Origin: Hormiphora californensis
Taxonomy: Eukaryota; Animalia; Ctenophora
Reading direction: 5' to 3'
Assembly: GCA_020137815.1 (NCBI GenBank)
Contig: CM035354.1
Span: 7,440,001 to 7,504,000 of the forward strand
Length of the DNA stretch: 64,000 nt
Each line of letters opens with the position of its first letter. The first letter of the stretch is position 1. The position numbers and the translations under genes were made by a program. The notes beneath the pieces are model-generated. The model was not told the origin of the DNA. It worked only from the letters and a program-made list of their open reading frames with translations, and made no database searches. This document shows, in pieces, positions 35,380-61,800 of the stretch.

Positions 35380-37958
35380 ATGCATCATAAAAAGCCTCTG
35401 GTGGTTATGTTTTGTGTGCTTTCTTGCAGCTGGCTGCTTTTAACTCAATACAGACCCAGTACATTTGAGGATATTGTTGGCGTAAGTTAACCAGTTATTC
35501 ATCTTAACATTGTTGGGTTTGATTAGAGCTCTTTTTAAACCTGTATGGCGGCGCCATACCCCATTTGATTCAGTGCGCTCAGATGGGTCGCGGCGCCAGA
35601 CAGTTTTAAACTGATGAATTAGGCAAATCCGTTCTCTAACCCCCTCATTTTATCTGCAGGATAGAGAACCAGATAACTATCATGAATATGATCATGCAAC
35701 TCAGTACAATGATGATACTTCAGATCAACATAATAATGCAGCTCATGATGGAGATTGGTTTGTGCGGGATGACCCGGTCTACATACAGGGAGAGGACCTA
35801 GAAGCAGTTCTAAACGGGAGACCTGAACCTGTCAGGGTGGTATCACGTGACCAGTAAGTTATATGGACACCAGCATTGTCTACGACCCCTAAGACACAGT
35901 CCGCGAACATTGATTGATTTTTTCGCGTGTCTTAGACAACGTGGGCGGTGCTATGTGGGCGGCCAATATGACAGAGTACTACTGTTATCCATTTAATATT
36001 ATCTTTAATCGATTATCCCTTTTAACCACTAAGACATACAGCAATGACACTACTGTAGGGAAATACCTTTCAGGACCTGTCACGATACATTGGAGTGTGT
36101 AACTGCAATAATAAATAGTAGAGGGAGGTTTGATGCCATTGCGAGGCAGCTGAATACACTTGATACAACTGAGTATAAAGGGATACGGGTTGTAGTTGTG
36201 TTAGATCTAATTCCAGGTAAGACAACTAGAAAAAAAAGAAAAAAAGACAACTAGGTTAAAACATCCTAACACACGTGTGTGTGTGTGTGCAAGAGCCCTA
36301 ACGTCGTGAAGAAAGGTTGGGATACCTCAAGCGATGGAGCCATTTGGGGTGCTGCGGCGCTGCGCCTCTCATGCCATGGGGGTGCCAGCCGAACCAATAA
36401 TATGGCAATGGGTTTGGATGATTTCATCTGAATATTGGCAACACTGAGTTGAGGCAATGTAGTCCAGATTTCTATGTGAATTGAAATTCTAAACCGAATA
36501 CCGAACAACATGTATCGACTTTCAGCCAATAGGACCTACTACAAGCCCTATATCGACGCTGTGAGGAACAGGAGTAATGTGCTACTGAGGATTGTTAGGG
36601 TCGAGGATGGAGAGTACCTTGGGATAGGGCGAGGTCGCAACCTGGCCTTATCATTCGTCCACACCCCTTACTTTCTACAGCTGGATGATGATTTTATGTG
36701 GAACAAACGAGGGACAAATGTGAGACATACTAAAATGCATGATAAAAGCATTTCTAAGTTCTAACATTTCGAAGCCCGACCCCGGGGCTGACTGATTATT
36801 ATACCTATTATCCTTCTAGATAAGTCACGCACTGGGTATACTGGAGTCTACTGATGCAACAGTGGTCGGTGGGAGTCGCTCAGGGGCATTGCCATTTTAT
36901 GGCCTTTTGCAATATAACGATAGAGAGAGGGAACTAATAGTGATTAACGCTTGTAGCTACAGTGATATCTACGATTTCCGATTTCCGACATCTTTTCAAG
37001 GTTTGGACAGTCGAGCCTGTGTTGCCCACCACAGAGTTGTATTGAGAGAGATAGAGACAGATTGTAAGAGGGAGAGAGACAGATTGCTTTCTTGGCCAGA
37101 TAACAAATAAAGCGTGTTTATAGGGAACACTATCCAAGTTGATAAAACTATCAACTTCTTTCTGGCCCGGACTGATGATGTCAAACAGAGTGGAGGATGG
37201 GACCCCTTTCAACGGTACAACGAGCACCAAGAGTTCTTTATCCGACTACGCAGACACGGCATGAAGGTCCTTTACAGTCACAGTCTCAAGGTGAAATGAG
37301 ATTCGCTAAATCTGAATCCATCTGATCCTTACAGTGTTGCTCCGTTATGTTGGCCGCCTGCATTTAAAGCGTTGCCTACGACGCTGTCTAAGACGCAGTT
37401 CCAGTCCGCTAAAATTGGTTACATTTTCGTGAGTCTTGAATCGCGTCGTGGGCGGCCAATATGACGGAGTACCTACCGCTGAAAATGGATTTCTATTTTG
37501 GGACTCTGGGGTTGAAACTTGACAGCTTGTCGAGTCTGAAACTTGACAACTTCCTCAGAGAAATTATATAACTGTTTTTCTAGGAATAACTGTTTTTCTA
37601 GAAAAGGGGGGTCGAGCTAGGCAATCTTAGAATATCTGAATAATGAATATCCCACTTCTTTTACTAGAATAATTATAAAATCTCACTTCATCCCTAGATT
37701 GGCCACAAGAGGACGAAATACCCAAGTGAGATTATATACAATGAGATTAAGGATACGGACAGGTACCTGGGTATGCTCATGAACAATTTAGGAGTCAAAA
37801 CCATGAGATCGTGTTCGTGTAGTAACTTTGATAGAGAAGAAACTGTGTGCAATGGTACTAGTCGACCACATACCGTTGCCAAAGAGATGACATTAGTCGC
37901 TGTAAATAGGATACTACCAAATTTTGAATTTCTAAACCTAAATGATCATGATTACTAA
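35380..37958 (+). CDS. GT-A/GT2 glycosyltransferase, B4GALNT1/2-like, 6 exons, with one in-frame TAA at 37108-37110
   Basis: N-terminal signal-anchor, GRGRNLALSFVHTPYFLQLDDDF, INFFLART..V...GWDP and EHQEFF motifs. GT-AG introns. Confidence 0.75.
37330..37478. mobile_element. Intronic MITE (related partial copy at about 35870-35985)
   Basis: ctccgttatgttggccgcc / ggcggccaatatgacggag inverted ends. The ggcggccaatatgac end recurs near 35960. Confidence 0.6.
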
Positions 37959-38269
37959 GTTGAGGATGGTTTTTTAATTTATACTGATAATTAATTGTTG
38001 TTTACCCAAATCCATTTCCAGTGTATTAATTAAACTGCAAATATATAACTCAAGAATTTCAAATCATCATATCAAAGGGATATATTCCATAACAAGACAC
38101 ATAACGCATCCCAATATTTACACCCCCCCCCCCCGATCCTTAGTAAATATACCACCCTGAATCGTGTCTCAATGTCTCACAAAGTACTGCCCTCTCCGAA
38201 CCGGGCCGAATTCTCGCAGTGTGTACCAAATATCACAGTCATGTATTATGACAACCTGAATGTATTATT

Positions 38270-40060
38270 TTAGTGAGCCCTCATCTGTCTCTTAACTTTA
38301 CTCTCATCAATCAGTCCGGGTATTTTCCTCTCCAACATTGGTCTGAAACTCAACACACTCTTGACCGTATTGTTGCTGGTCTTGTAATTGTCAATCCAAG
38401 CATTATGTTGCACCAGACTCCCCTCCCCAATCGGCTCATGGTCCAGGGTGTTGGAACTATAAACCTGATCAATCAGACTCATCTCCGAATTCTCCACCAT
38501 CTCATCCATTTGGCTGAGAATCTTCTGGCTGCTCCGGGCACTCAGAATTGAATCAATATTCTGGTTCGGGTACAACCTTGCTGCTAACATAACACCCTCC
38601 TCAACCGTCCTATCCAGGAACAGTGCTCGTAGAAGGTCAGCACGTGCAGCTGGGAGCTGTTTCTGCATAAACCGTGCCCAAGCTCGGGATAGGTAATACT
38701 GAGCTACCTTACCGTTGCATGTTATCGCTGTTGTAAAGCACTTATCGGCATCACTATACCTCTTACCCGTGTACTCCTTGACCCCATACTCGTGATGGAC
38801 GAGACTTATCCGAGATATGGTGATCCAATCCTGAGGGTCGAGCTCCAGGGCCTGCTGGTAATCAGCCAGGGCAAAGTTTAGATGACCCGTCATTCGGAAA
38901 CAGTCACCTCTGTTAATGTAAAATCCCTTTTCGTTTCTCTCCCGTTTGATTGCCTGATCCAAAAGTGAGATGGCCTCCTCGAAGTAGCCTTTAGTGTAAC
39001 ACTCAACTGCGAAGTCATTGTAAGTTAGAACCAGCTGTCTAAAAGCATCTTTGTAAGGCTTACTGTTCTCTTCAACCTTGGAAAGAGCATGCATAAAGTC
39101 ATCGATTGCCTGATCGTAGTGTGTTTGCTGTCTGAGGAGGGTACCTCTAAATATTGTGTACTCAGGGAAGGTTGGGTTTGTGTCGATTGAAATTGTAATT
39201 TTGTTGATTGCCTCTGCAATATTTCCAGATAGAGCCTGATTGATTGCACTCGCTCTGCACTCCTCAGCCGATGCATTCAGGCCATCCACGATCTGCTGAG
39301 CCTGCACATTGTCAGGATCTAGTTCCAACGCTCGGTGAACATCGTAAAAGCACTTGGTGATATACCCAAAGAGTTTGTTCAGCCGGCTCCTCAAGATAAA
39401 CAGGTCAGCGATATCATCATGATTCTCAATCAGAGTTTCCACGTACTGAAGGCACTCTCTCGGCTGCTCCAGAGCGAACAAATACGCCGCCTTTCGGATC
39501 TTATAGACGAACTTATTCGGATTGTATTGTAAGGCCTTTTCGGTCTGCTCTAAAGCTCCAACAAAATCCTGTTCATTAGAGAGAAGCTGACTGTGGAGAA
39601 AGTGAATGTAGGACAACCGGTTTTTCCAGTCTTGATCTTCATTGAGTTCTAGAGCGTGTTCATAGTTGAGAATGGCTTCTTTGAACTCGCACAGTTGTAG
39701 CGCACACTCACCACGTAGAATGAAACAAGTAACCAGGTTATTTTTCATCTCAACAGCCTTGTTTAGTAGACCCATCGCATGAGAATAGTTCCCGGCTTTG
39801 ATTGCGGTACAAGCATCCGTAACCAGTTTACTCGCTTTCTGACTCTTGATTAGTCGCATGAACTCGGTGATACCGGTGTTGGTGTTATCCGATTCAGCTT
39901 CAACTGGAACCTCCTCGCGAGGAGTGAGAGGACGATCCGTCAAGAATGCTCCAAGATCAGGCATTTCCTCTTCGTGATGGGACAGGGAGAGTTCTGAAAA
40001 TTGCCCACCGGCGCTTTGTAGCGCTCTCCGAAGGTATTCGTTCTTTTCAAACTCATTCAT
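38270..40060 (-). CDS. TTC16: Tetratricopeptide-repeat protein, TTC16-like, intronless
   Basis: Many TPRs (e.g. FYINRGDCFRMTGHLNFALADYQQALELDP, LVLTYNDFAVECY). First ATG at 40060, after acceptor gtcctcag. Confidence 0.7.
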   Translation of the reverse strand: MNEFEKNEYLRRALQSAGGQFSELSLSHHEEEMPDLGAFLTDRPLTPREEVPVEAESDNTNTGITEFMRLIKSQKASKLVTDACTAIKAGNYSHAMGLLNKAVEMKNNLVTCFILRGECALQLCEFKEAILNYEHALELNEDQDWKNRLSYIHFLHSQLLSNEQDFVGALEQTEKALQYNPNKFVYKIRKAAYLFALEQPRECLQYVETLIENHDDIADLFILRSRLNKLFGYITKCFYDVHRALELDPDNVQAQQIVDGLNASAEECRASAINQALSGNIAEAINKITISIDTNPTFPEYTIFRGTLLRQQTHYDQAIDDFMHALSKVEENSKPYKDAFRQLVLTYNDFAVECYTKGYFEEAISLLDQAIKRERNEKGFYINRGDCFRMTGHLNFALADYQQALELDPQDWITISRISLVHHEYGVKEYTGKRYSDADKCFTTAITCNGKVAQYYLSRAWARFMQKQLPAARADLLRALFLDRTVEEGVMLAARLYPNQNIDSILSARSSQKILSQMDEMVENSEMSLIDQVYSSNTLDHEPIGEGSLVQHNAWIDNYKTSNNTVKSVLSFRPMLERKIPGLIDESKVKRQMRAH

Positions 40061-40435
40061 GTTGGAGCTACATCCTAGTATTGATATCTGAGGACAATTT
40101 AGTCGTGATTTGAGGTGGAAAAGAACCAAAAACAAAGCATTTCAAAAATTTTAACTGCAAGAAAATTTTTCAGGAGACCGAGATTTTGAAACTTTTAAGA
40201 ATTTGTCGAATAGAATGATCTCGCCGCGCAAATGAATTCAACTGTGGGCGCGCAACTCAAATTGGTGTCGTATTTTGAGAAGCTTCGCCCGATACAAACT
40301 TTCCTCAAAATTAAAACTTCCTTGATTTTCGTTTTGAATAAAAAACATTGATAAAGTAAACTGCAACAAGCAGATATAGCTGGATAAGATGATAACAAAT
40401 TAAGTAAAATAATGTCTGTCACGCCAAAATCATCG

Positions 40436-53687
<13,252 letters not shown>

Positions 53688-53903
53688 GACGCTATACGGG
53701 CCGCTATACAGTCAAGAGATTAGATTTCATAGAAAACAGATATCGAGTAGAGAAAGAGTAAGCAAGGTTTTCATCCGAGGTTAAACTTTGTTCAGGCACA
53801 CCGTGAGGAGACAACAATGTACGTTTAGGTCACGGTAATTTCAATCTCTATAAATACAAACCACCTTATACAAAACAGATACATACTCTCATAAATAACT
53901 ATA

Positions 53904-54652
53904 TTAGTCAATTTTAACACTAAACGACACGCCACAGGAACACCCCGCGTCTGCCTGGGGGTTGTGAACTATTCGGAATGCAGAGCGGATCAATTCCTCG
54001 TGAAACTCAACCGTAGAACCTGGAATTATTGATCTTCAGAATACCAAAATGGGGTTGGTGATGCCGCCACACCTACACTAGCAGAGGGGATGGCCATGGC
54101 ATCACCAAAAATATAATATTTTTCGGGTGGCAAGAAGGGATACAGAAATGATGAACAGTGAACACTTGTTGTTACCTTTGATGAAATCAAGTGAGATGGA
54201 ATCGGTAATAATTTTAATTCCATCCTTCTCTGTTACTACATCATCTTCTAGTACAGTTCCGTCTAGTTCGAATTTGTACTGAAATCCACTACACCCACCC
54301 CCGTCTACTGTTATCCTTAGAGAAGTTTCATCTGAGAAGGGAGGTTACTGTCAAAATACTGTCTCATCTGGGAAAAACAAGGAAATTGAACAAAGGACAA
54401 AGTATAGGTGTTCTCATGTTTGATTGACTGAGTGGGGTGGGAGTGGGGTTAGATGCCAAAGTATAAAAAAGGCTTGCTTTGTTAGTTTGTTCAGACTCTG
54501 GCCCGACGCGGAGACAGTACAAACAGTTCAAAGAAAGGTTTACCTATTCGTTTGAGTTGTTTAACCGCACTATCATCTACCACCAGGGAACTGAATTGCC
54601 GGGTAATCCGGGATCCACTGACCCGCCTGAGAACCCTACCAAGTAGAGACAT
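53904..54652 (-). CDS. ISCA2: Mitochondrial A-type Fe-S carrier ISCA2, 3 exons
   Basis: Transit peptide, LRITVDGGGCSGFQYKF, EELIRSAF and GCSCGVSF. Not in the ORF track because of introns. Confidence 0.9.
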
Positions 54653-55033
54653 TTCACATCATCGTGCTAAACAATGATAATACTGTTCAAAGCAACTCGG
54701 GTAAACATGTCAAAGGAGAGATAGACTTTAGAGGAGGTATGTTATCAGCTTTCCGTTATGGTTGGTACACATACGACGAAATTGAATCGCTTGACACTGT
54801 GTCCGTGCGGAACACACATTTTTTAGAATGAAAAGAAAGTATGAACGATTCAAAGACGAAATAGTTCATGCTTCACCAGGCTAAAAAATGTACAAAAATA
54901 TGTGTCCTATAATAGGAATCCTATTAGAAAGCTATGTCGCATATTGAATCCCTTCTGCATAATACAGAAGCAATGAAACACCATCATGTATCCTTTCTCA
55001 TGGAGTTGGGCCTGTAGTTTCACTGTAGTAAAC

Positions 55034-55522
55034 TCATTTGGCAGTTCCCCCAGATTTTGAGAGTAACCTTGTGTCCCTAATAACAGCAGTACTATCCAAC
55101 GCTTTACACATGTCATATACAGTCAGTGTAGCAAGGGAAGCCCCGACTAATGCCTCCATCTCAACCCCTGTTTGACCGGAACACCTCGCCTCACACTCAA
55201 CCGATATTGTCCTTGTTTGTGGGTCCATGGTGAAGGATATGTCCAAATGTGACAAGTTGATTTGGTGACAGAGCGGTATTAGAGAGGATGTCTGCTTGGC
55301 CGCTTGGATCCCCGCTATTTTAGCCACAGTTAAAACTGACCCCTTTTTATTTGTATCATTTTCAATACTCTCAAAGGCAGCTTTGTTGACTGTTATGGAG
55401 GAGACCGCGATGGCTTTTCTATTTGTCTCCGGTTTGTTTCCCACGTTAACCATTGCTGCATTACCATGGCTGTCCACGTGTGTTAGAGAGCTGAAGAGTC
55501 TCCGACGTGGCAGTCTGATCAT
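55034..55522 (-). CDS. moaC: Stand-alone cPMP synthase MoaC (MOCS1B/CNX3-like) with putative mitochondrial presequence
   Basis: LTHVD..G.A.MV.VG.K, AAKQTSSLIPLCH, TGVEMEAL, YDMCKA and KSGG. Confidence 0.93.
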   Translation of the reverse strand: MIRLPRRRLFSSLTHVDSHGNAAMVNVGNKPETNRKAIAVSSITVNKAAFESIENDTNKKGSVLTVAKIAGIQAAKQTSSLIPLCHQINLSHLDISFTMDPQTRTISVECEARCSGQTGVEMEALVGASLATLTVYDMCKALDSTAVIRDTRLLSKSGGTAK

Positions 55523-56042
55523 CTAAAGGAAGATGTACATAGTTTATAGTATCACTGCGCCGGCAAGCGCAAATTAAGGTAATACCTTCCCCCCTAAAAA
55601 ATTTTCCCGAAAAAGTGGGCTCGCTTGCCAACAGCGTAGATATTAGTGAGCAAAACACGGTGGCTTATGGGGCTGTGGCATTGCCACAGTATATAACAAT
55701 TATTGTCAATTTCGAAGTTTAAGTCATTTTTTCACTTTTCGACCCCTCCTAACTCCGGAACAAGATGAGCTAGGAGGTTGAAATTTGGTACTAAGAAGCT
55801 TCACATAGACCTCTACTGACGGTAAAAATTTCAAGGAGCTAGCTCTTTCCGGTCGAAAGTTATGGCACCACCCCCAAAACAGAGAATTCAGTGTGGGGAT
55901 AGGAGGAGATATATATTATACAAGGTGGCCTACGGATTGCTGGTCATGGTTAGCGGGTTGGGACGTCAAAACGGTGATAGTTGTGAAAATCCAGTTACCA
56001 GTGTCTCAGGTACTATACTAGTCTCATCACTAAATTACCGCG

Positions 56043-57136
56043 CGGCCCAAAAAAAACTAAGGGTACGTTGGCCTTCTTTTCTCCAAGAATTTTAATTTCG
56101 ATCACTCTGATATTTTGTCACAATATTTGTATGGTTACTCATTCGAGGAATCCGGAGTTTCAAAACATAAAAGTGTGAAGTTCATGAATGAACCCATTTT
56201 TTCGTTTTTCGGGTTTTTCAACGTTTTCTCATGGTTAAATTCGATTTTATCCTTAAAAATAGCAATCATGCATTAGAGTAAACTATAATAAATGGCAATC
56301 CGAGTTTTTATTAAAAATGGATCAAGTTTAGTTGGTGAAATAAATGATTAAAAAACGGTCATTTTTACCAAACTTCGATTTTAACCCGTTTTGACAAGAA
56401 ATTGGTAAATTCAGGCGCTAAAATTTCGTACGGCCATTACACTTGATCGATATTGATGTAAGCCAGAATTTCGGCTCTCTATCTAAAAATTCATTTTTAC
56501 GACTGGAATGAATCCTAAATGAACTTGAAAACAAGAAAACTATTCCAAACCGGAATTTCACAATCGCCTTTGGGTAACGATTTCCTTTCAAACGCGACTA
56601 ATTTTAGCTCAATTGGACCACCACAAGAGACACAGTGGCCACTTTTCCGACACTAGGTCTGGTCAAGTGACCCCTATTGAACCGCTAGCGTCATTAATAA
56701 GTGCCAATAAGCAGGTGTAACGGTCGCGTATCACGTATCACATCTGCTAATTAGGACGGTATACCGATACAGCGTCGGTTAGAATGTAAGTTCTCTTGCT
56801 AACACGTCATAATTTGATGGGGATCACATGACCCAACCTAGGCTTGGTAAACTGGTCACTGTGAATCTTGTGGTGATCCAATTAAGCTCAAACTGGTCGT
56901 GTTCGAAAGAAAATCGATAGCCAAACAAATTTGTAAAACTTTGGTACCAAAATATGGTCCCGTTTTGGCGTTCATTGAATGTTCATTCGGGCGAAAAAAA
57001 TGAATTTTCATCCAGAGGGCTGAAACTCTGGATTCCTCGAATGAGTAACCATACAAATATTGTGACAAAATATCAGAGTGATTGAAATTAAATTTCTAGG
57101 AGAAAAAGCCAAGTCCCTTGTCTTTTTTTTGGCCGC
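56043..57136. mobile_element. Non-autonomous TIR element (about 120-bp imperfect TIRs)
   Basis: 56043-56162 is the reverse complement of 57021-57136 (atcactctgatattttgtcacaatatttgtatggttactcattcgaggaatcc). No transposase. Confidence 0.7.
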
Positions 57137-57454
57137 TAGCCAGTCCTCTCGTTTTAACTGAATTTTGGTCCTTTTTCCCAATCGTTGAAATTTCGCAAAT
57201 TGGGAATTAATTAATTCGGGAAACTTTTTCTTTCCCGGGTATTTCTGCTTTATAAGGAGCCTACTGAATACTTATTTTCCCCCGTGTTAAACTCTCTGTC
57301 CTTATCAAGCTGCTGTTCAGGACTGACTCAGATAAATGGCAATGACGTTCCGTCTTAAATTCGCGAATTCTTCTCAAGGCTACCTTCTCGCAAACATCAT
57401 CCTTGGAAAATCAAGATTTAAAATTTTCTAGAGCATCCTCTTTTCTCCTATCTC

Positions 57455-57597
57455 ATTTCTCTCTCTCTTCTTCTACTACCTTCCCTTCTTTTCTCTCCAC
57501 TCTCTTCCTTCTCTCTTTCCCCCCTTTTTCTCGTTCTTTTTTTTTCCTCTTTTTCTCCCCCCCTCTCTCCCCCCTCCTTCCCCCTTTTCCCCTTTTT

Positions 57598-57654
<57 letters not shown>

Positions 57655-57680
57655 TTCTGTCTCTCTCTCTCACCCTCTCT
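57455..57680. repeat. Polypyrimidine / (CT)n tract
   Basis: Direct observation. Confidence 0.9.
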
Positions 57681-57893
57681 GGATGAGCATCCAATCATAC
57701 TCATAAAGAAATAAAGTTACTAAGTATATGAAGGTTTTCTTACTATCTTACTAGTATTTTACTGCATTGAAGATACGACTTGACGAATAACGAGCCACCT
57801 AGCTGAGAAGAGCTGCTTTTGAAGCTTGTGTAATAGTGTTTGAAATTTTTGTCAAAACCACCTCTCATGCCCATTGCCCACCCTCTATGTATC

Positions 57894-58762
57894 CATTGAC
57901 TCATCCCTTAATTGACTCATCACCTCACCCCTGATTGACTCATCATCTCACCCCCTATTGACTCCTTTTACCTCCTAATTAGTAATTGACATTTGACTCA
58001 TCATCTCACCCCCTGATTGACTCATCACCTCACCCCCTGATTGACTCATCACCTCACCCCCTGATTGACTCATCACCTCACCCCCTGATTGACTCATCAC
58101 CTCACCCCCTAATTGACTCATCACCTCACCCCCTATTGACTCATCACCTCACCCCCTGATTGACTCCTCACCTCACCCCCTGATTGACTCATCACCTCAC
58201 CCCCTGATTGACTCCTCACCTCACCCCCTAATTGACTCATCACCTCACCCCCTATTGACTCATCACCTCACCCCCTGATTGACTCCTCACCTCACCCCCT
58301 GATTGACTCATCACCTCACCCCCTGATTGACTCATCACTCCCCCGACTCCCCCTTGATCTGTACCCTGAATCCTACTCACCCCCTATTGACTCCTCACCT
58401 CACCCACCCCCTGATTGACTCCTCACCTCACCCCCTTTGGACTCAGCCTCACCTTCACCCCCTATTGGACTCATCACCTCAACCCTACCTGTTGACTCCA
58501 TCACCCTGTGACACCTCAACCCACCCCGGATGGACCCATCAACCTCACCCCCTATTGACCTCATCACCTCACCCCCTGATTTGACTCATCACCTCACCCC
58601 ATGATTACTCCTCACCTCACCCACCTCACCCCCTGATTTACTCATCACCTCACCCCTGATGACTCATCACCTCACCCCCTGATTGACCTCAATCACTCAC
58701 CCCTGATTGACTCATCACCTCACCCCCTGATTGACTCATCACCTCACCCCCTGATTGACTCT
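57894..58762. repeat. 24-bp minisatellite containing TGACTCA
   Basis: Unit attgactcatcacctcaccccctg, roughly 30-35 copies with a degenerate middle. Confidence 0.92.
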
Positions 58763-58808
58763 TCTTCGTAACGTTTACCATGATATAGCTGGATAAAGTG
58801 AATCCCGT

Positions 58809-61800
58809 ATGACATCCAATATGAATTGCTTCATGGCCATCATCTTGATTTATGGTAACCAATACAATATAATATTTAGATTGAGTTATAACATTTAGAA
58901 CGTTTAATTATATCCAATTATAATACCTAAATTATTTTTCAGTGAACCTCGGAACAGCTTTCCTAGTACCAGATCGATGCGAACTAGTAGCAGATAAGGG
59001 TTTCATAAGCGAGTATGTAAGCCATCAATGTCTGTGTCTTATCTCCCTCCATCCTGACCATTCTTTATCAGTGTTACAACTCCCCCATTCTATTCGCTAT
59101 TAATTTCGAACGATGGATTTTCAATGCAACGTGCCCCCATGACAAATTCCAGTACCAAGTATGGCGGGTTCCATGATGCCGATATGACCCAACCAAGTGC
59201 GTTATGCGGGGCAGCCTTGTGTCATACCGATGATTTGAAAGGTGATTCATTCGTCCCACATTCCGTTAGAGATCTTTGCAAATTGGTTGTGTGCCACGGA
59301 TATGATCTGGATAAGTGTGAAAAGAGGAAGAGAAAATTTGTGATGATGTGTGTGATTTTGACGATTGTCACGATGAAATCACTGTGGAGGGTACACATAC
59401 GGTTTTAGTGTTGTGCACGTATCTGGGAATGGCTCCCCATAAGCTCGTCATGCACACATGCCATGAGTCTCTTTCAATACAAAAATATCTGTAATCAGGA
59501 GGCTGATACGAGAACGTGCGACATTGCAAACTCGAACCTAAGTTCGTGTAAAATGATGAGAAGTTTCAACCAGGAGCTCATGGACATTCCGATATTCAAC
59601 TTTACCCGGTGTGCCCGGATTAAGCATTACAAACGGTATCTAACTTACAATGAACAAGTATATAAAAGATTCAATAGTGACTCTTTTCGTTACACATACA
59701 TCCCCAACTGCATGGACCTCATGGACCAGACGAATTGCTCCGATCCTGCCAGGGTAGCATTATCATGTCCCATAGTAGGCTACATGTCCACCGTTGCAAA
59801 GGTAATGGTATGTGACGAGCTACGGGAGGGTCTTTGCGATGACAACTTGGATATCCTCTGTGTGGATGTAACCTCTACCTGCACCATCCACAAGCACCAG
59901 ATTTGTGACGGTACCTCGGACTGCTCCTCAGGACAGGACGAATTAGAGTGCATCAGCGTGAGCACCAAGGGGTGTCACAGAAAAATGGATCCCACAATTT
60001 CTTCACCAATACCACTAAGTTGGCTAGGAGATGGGGTTGTAGACTGCGTCGGTGGGGAGGATGAGGTATTGGATCTATGGCCTGTGTGTGGAACAGGTTT
60101 TTTTCAAAGGTTCTCAGTGAACGGTCAACAACAGTGTAAGGACGTTTACATCTGTAAATTTGGTCCGAAAACCACAATACCTTCGCAGCTGCTTTGTGAT
60201 GGAGTTGACACATGTGGAAATGAAAACAAGGTCTGCCGGAGATTGCTGTCTGAAGTTGTCACCAAGGCAGTCGGAGTTGGAACTTGGAACAAGTTTATTG
60301 GGTATTGTCTACCAGGATTGGAAAGCCTTGAGTTCCTAACTCAAGGGAAGTGCATTCATTTCAGCTATTCTGTCTTCAGAGAGTCGACCATACTTGGTAT
60401 CACAAAGGAGACCCAGGTCTCGGCCCCTACAATGGCTTGCCAATACACCTTCGGTGAGATTTTTCTCCTATTAGCCTGCTCGGGACTTTGCTCCGAGCAA
60501 TGTCCGATCTCCAAAAGTCCACCAAAAATTGATTCATGTCCACACCAATTTAAACGGAAAATATTTACAATAGCAGACGAAAAAAAGTTAACTTTCGTGA
60601 CACGGAAAGAAGATTCCTTCGGCCAGGAGATTTTCCAATGCCGGAACAACAAGTGTCTGCCATTTGATAAAGTGTGCAATCTGATAAATGACTGCGGAGA
60701 TGGCAGTGATGAAGAGAAATGCAGTAACCACTTTAAATGCAAACAGTCAGCAGATGAACAAGGTAACATTGGGGGACAGTTGCTACCCCTCTACAAAGTA
60801 TGTGACAGTGTCCCTGATTGTGCGGACCTGTCAGACGAATGTAATGAGAGATGCGGTAAACAGATACTTCAGGGGCTTCATCTGAAGATCGGGGCGTTTC
60901 TTCTAGGATTCCTAGCTATCGGGCTGAACTTATGGACAATTGGAACGGTCGGATCGGAACTTCGAAAGGTAAGCAGTCAGGCGTTCCTGAATAACCGTCT
61001 CCTGGTAGCAACGATCAGTCTCGGTGATACGCTTACCGGGATTTATTTGTTAGGCATCGCTGTATACGATACATTAAAAGGTGACAGGTATTGTGAAAAC
61101 CAGAACTATTGGTTGGCTAGCAAACAGTGTGATGCTCTGGGCACTGTGAGTACGATGGGAAGCGTTCTATCTTTGGTATCTATGACAACTCTTAGCTTGT
61201 TAAGAGTGAGGGGCGTTACAGGAGGAATTCGTTCACCCAATACCGAAGTTCTATTTAAACTACCCATCGCCATGTCTTTGGTCATCATTCTACTTTCAGT
61301 GATTTTCGCCATCTTTCCCGTGATTTTCATCAAAGAGTTTGAAGATGTTTTCGGGAATGGCCAAGTTTGGGATTCGGACCTCAAATTTTTCGTTGGCAGA
61401 AATGGAAAAGCAGCACACTGGGAGGTAATTGAGAGTTACTATGGACGGATTCAAAGGGACCAAGTAGCACAGGAGCCATGGGACAAGATCACATTATTGA
61501 TAAAAGGAATGTACACAAGTGACTACGGAAACTTGGATGGTTTAAATTCTCTAGTTGGTTTCTATGGTAATGAAGGAGTTTGCCTTTTCAAGTTTTTTGT
61601 GTTGCCCCAGGATCCCCAGTTTACATTTTCCCTTATCTACCAGATATTGACTGTCGTGTGCTTGGCAACCATTTGTACTTGTTACATGGTGATTGAAGGT
61701 GCTTCTAGAAGAAGTTTAGCCAATTTAAATATGAACAATGATCAACAAAATAATCCGGCCCTCCAGGAACGGTTGAAGCAGCAGCAAAAAACGCAACGGA

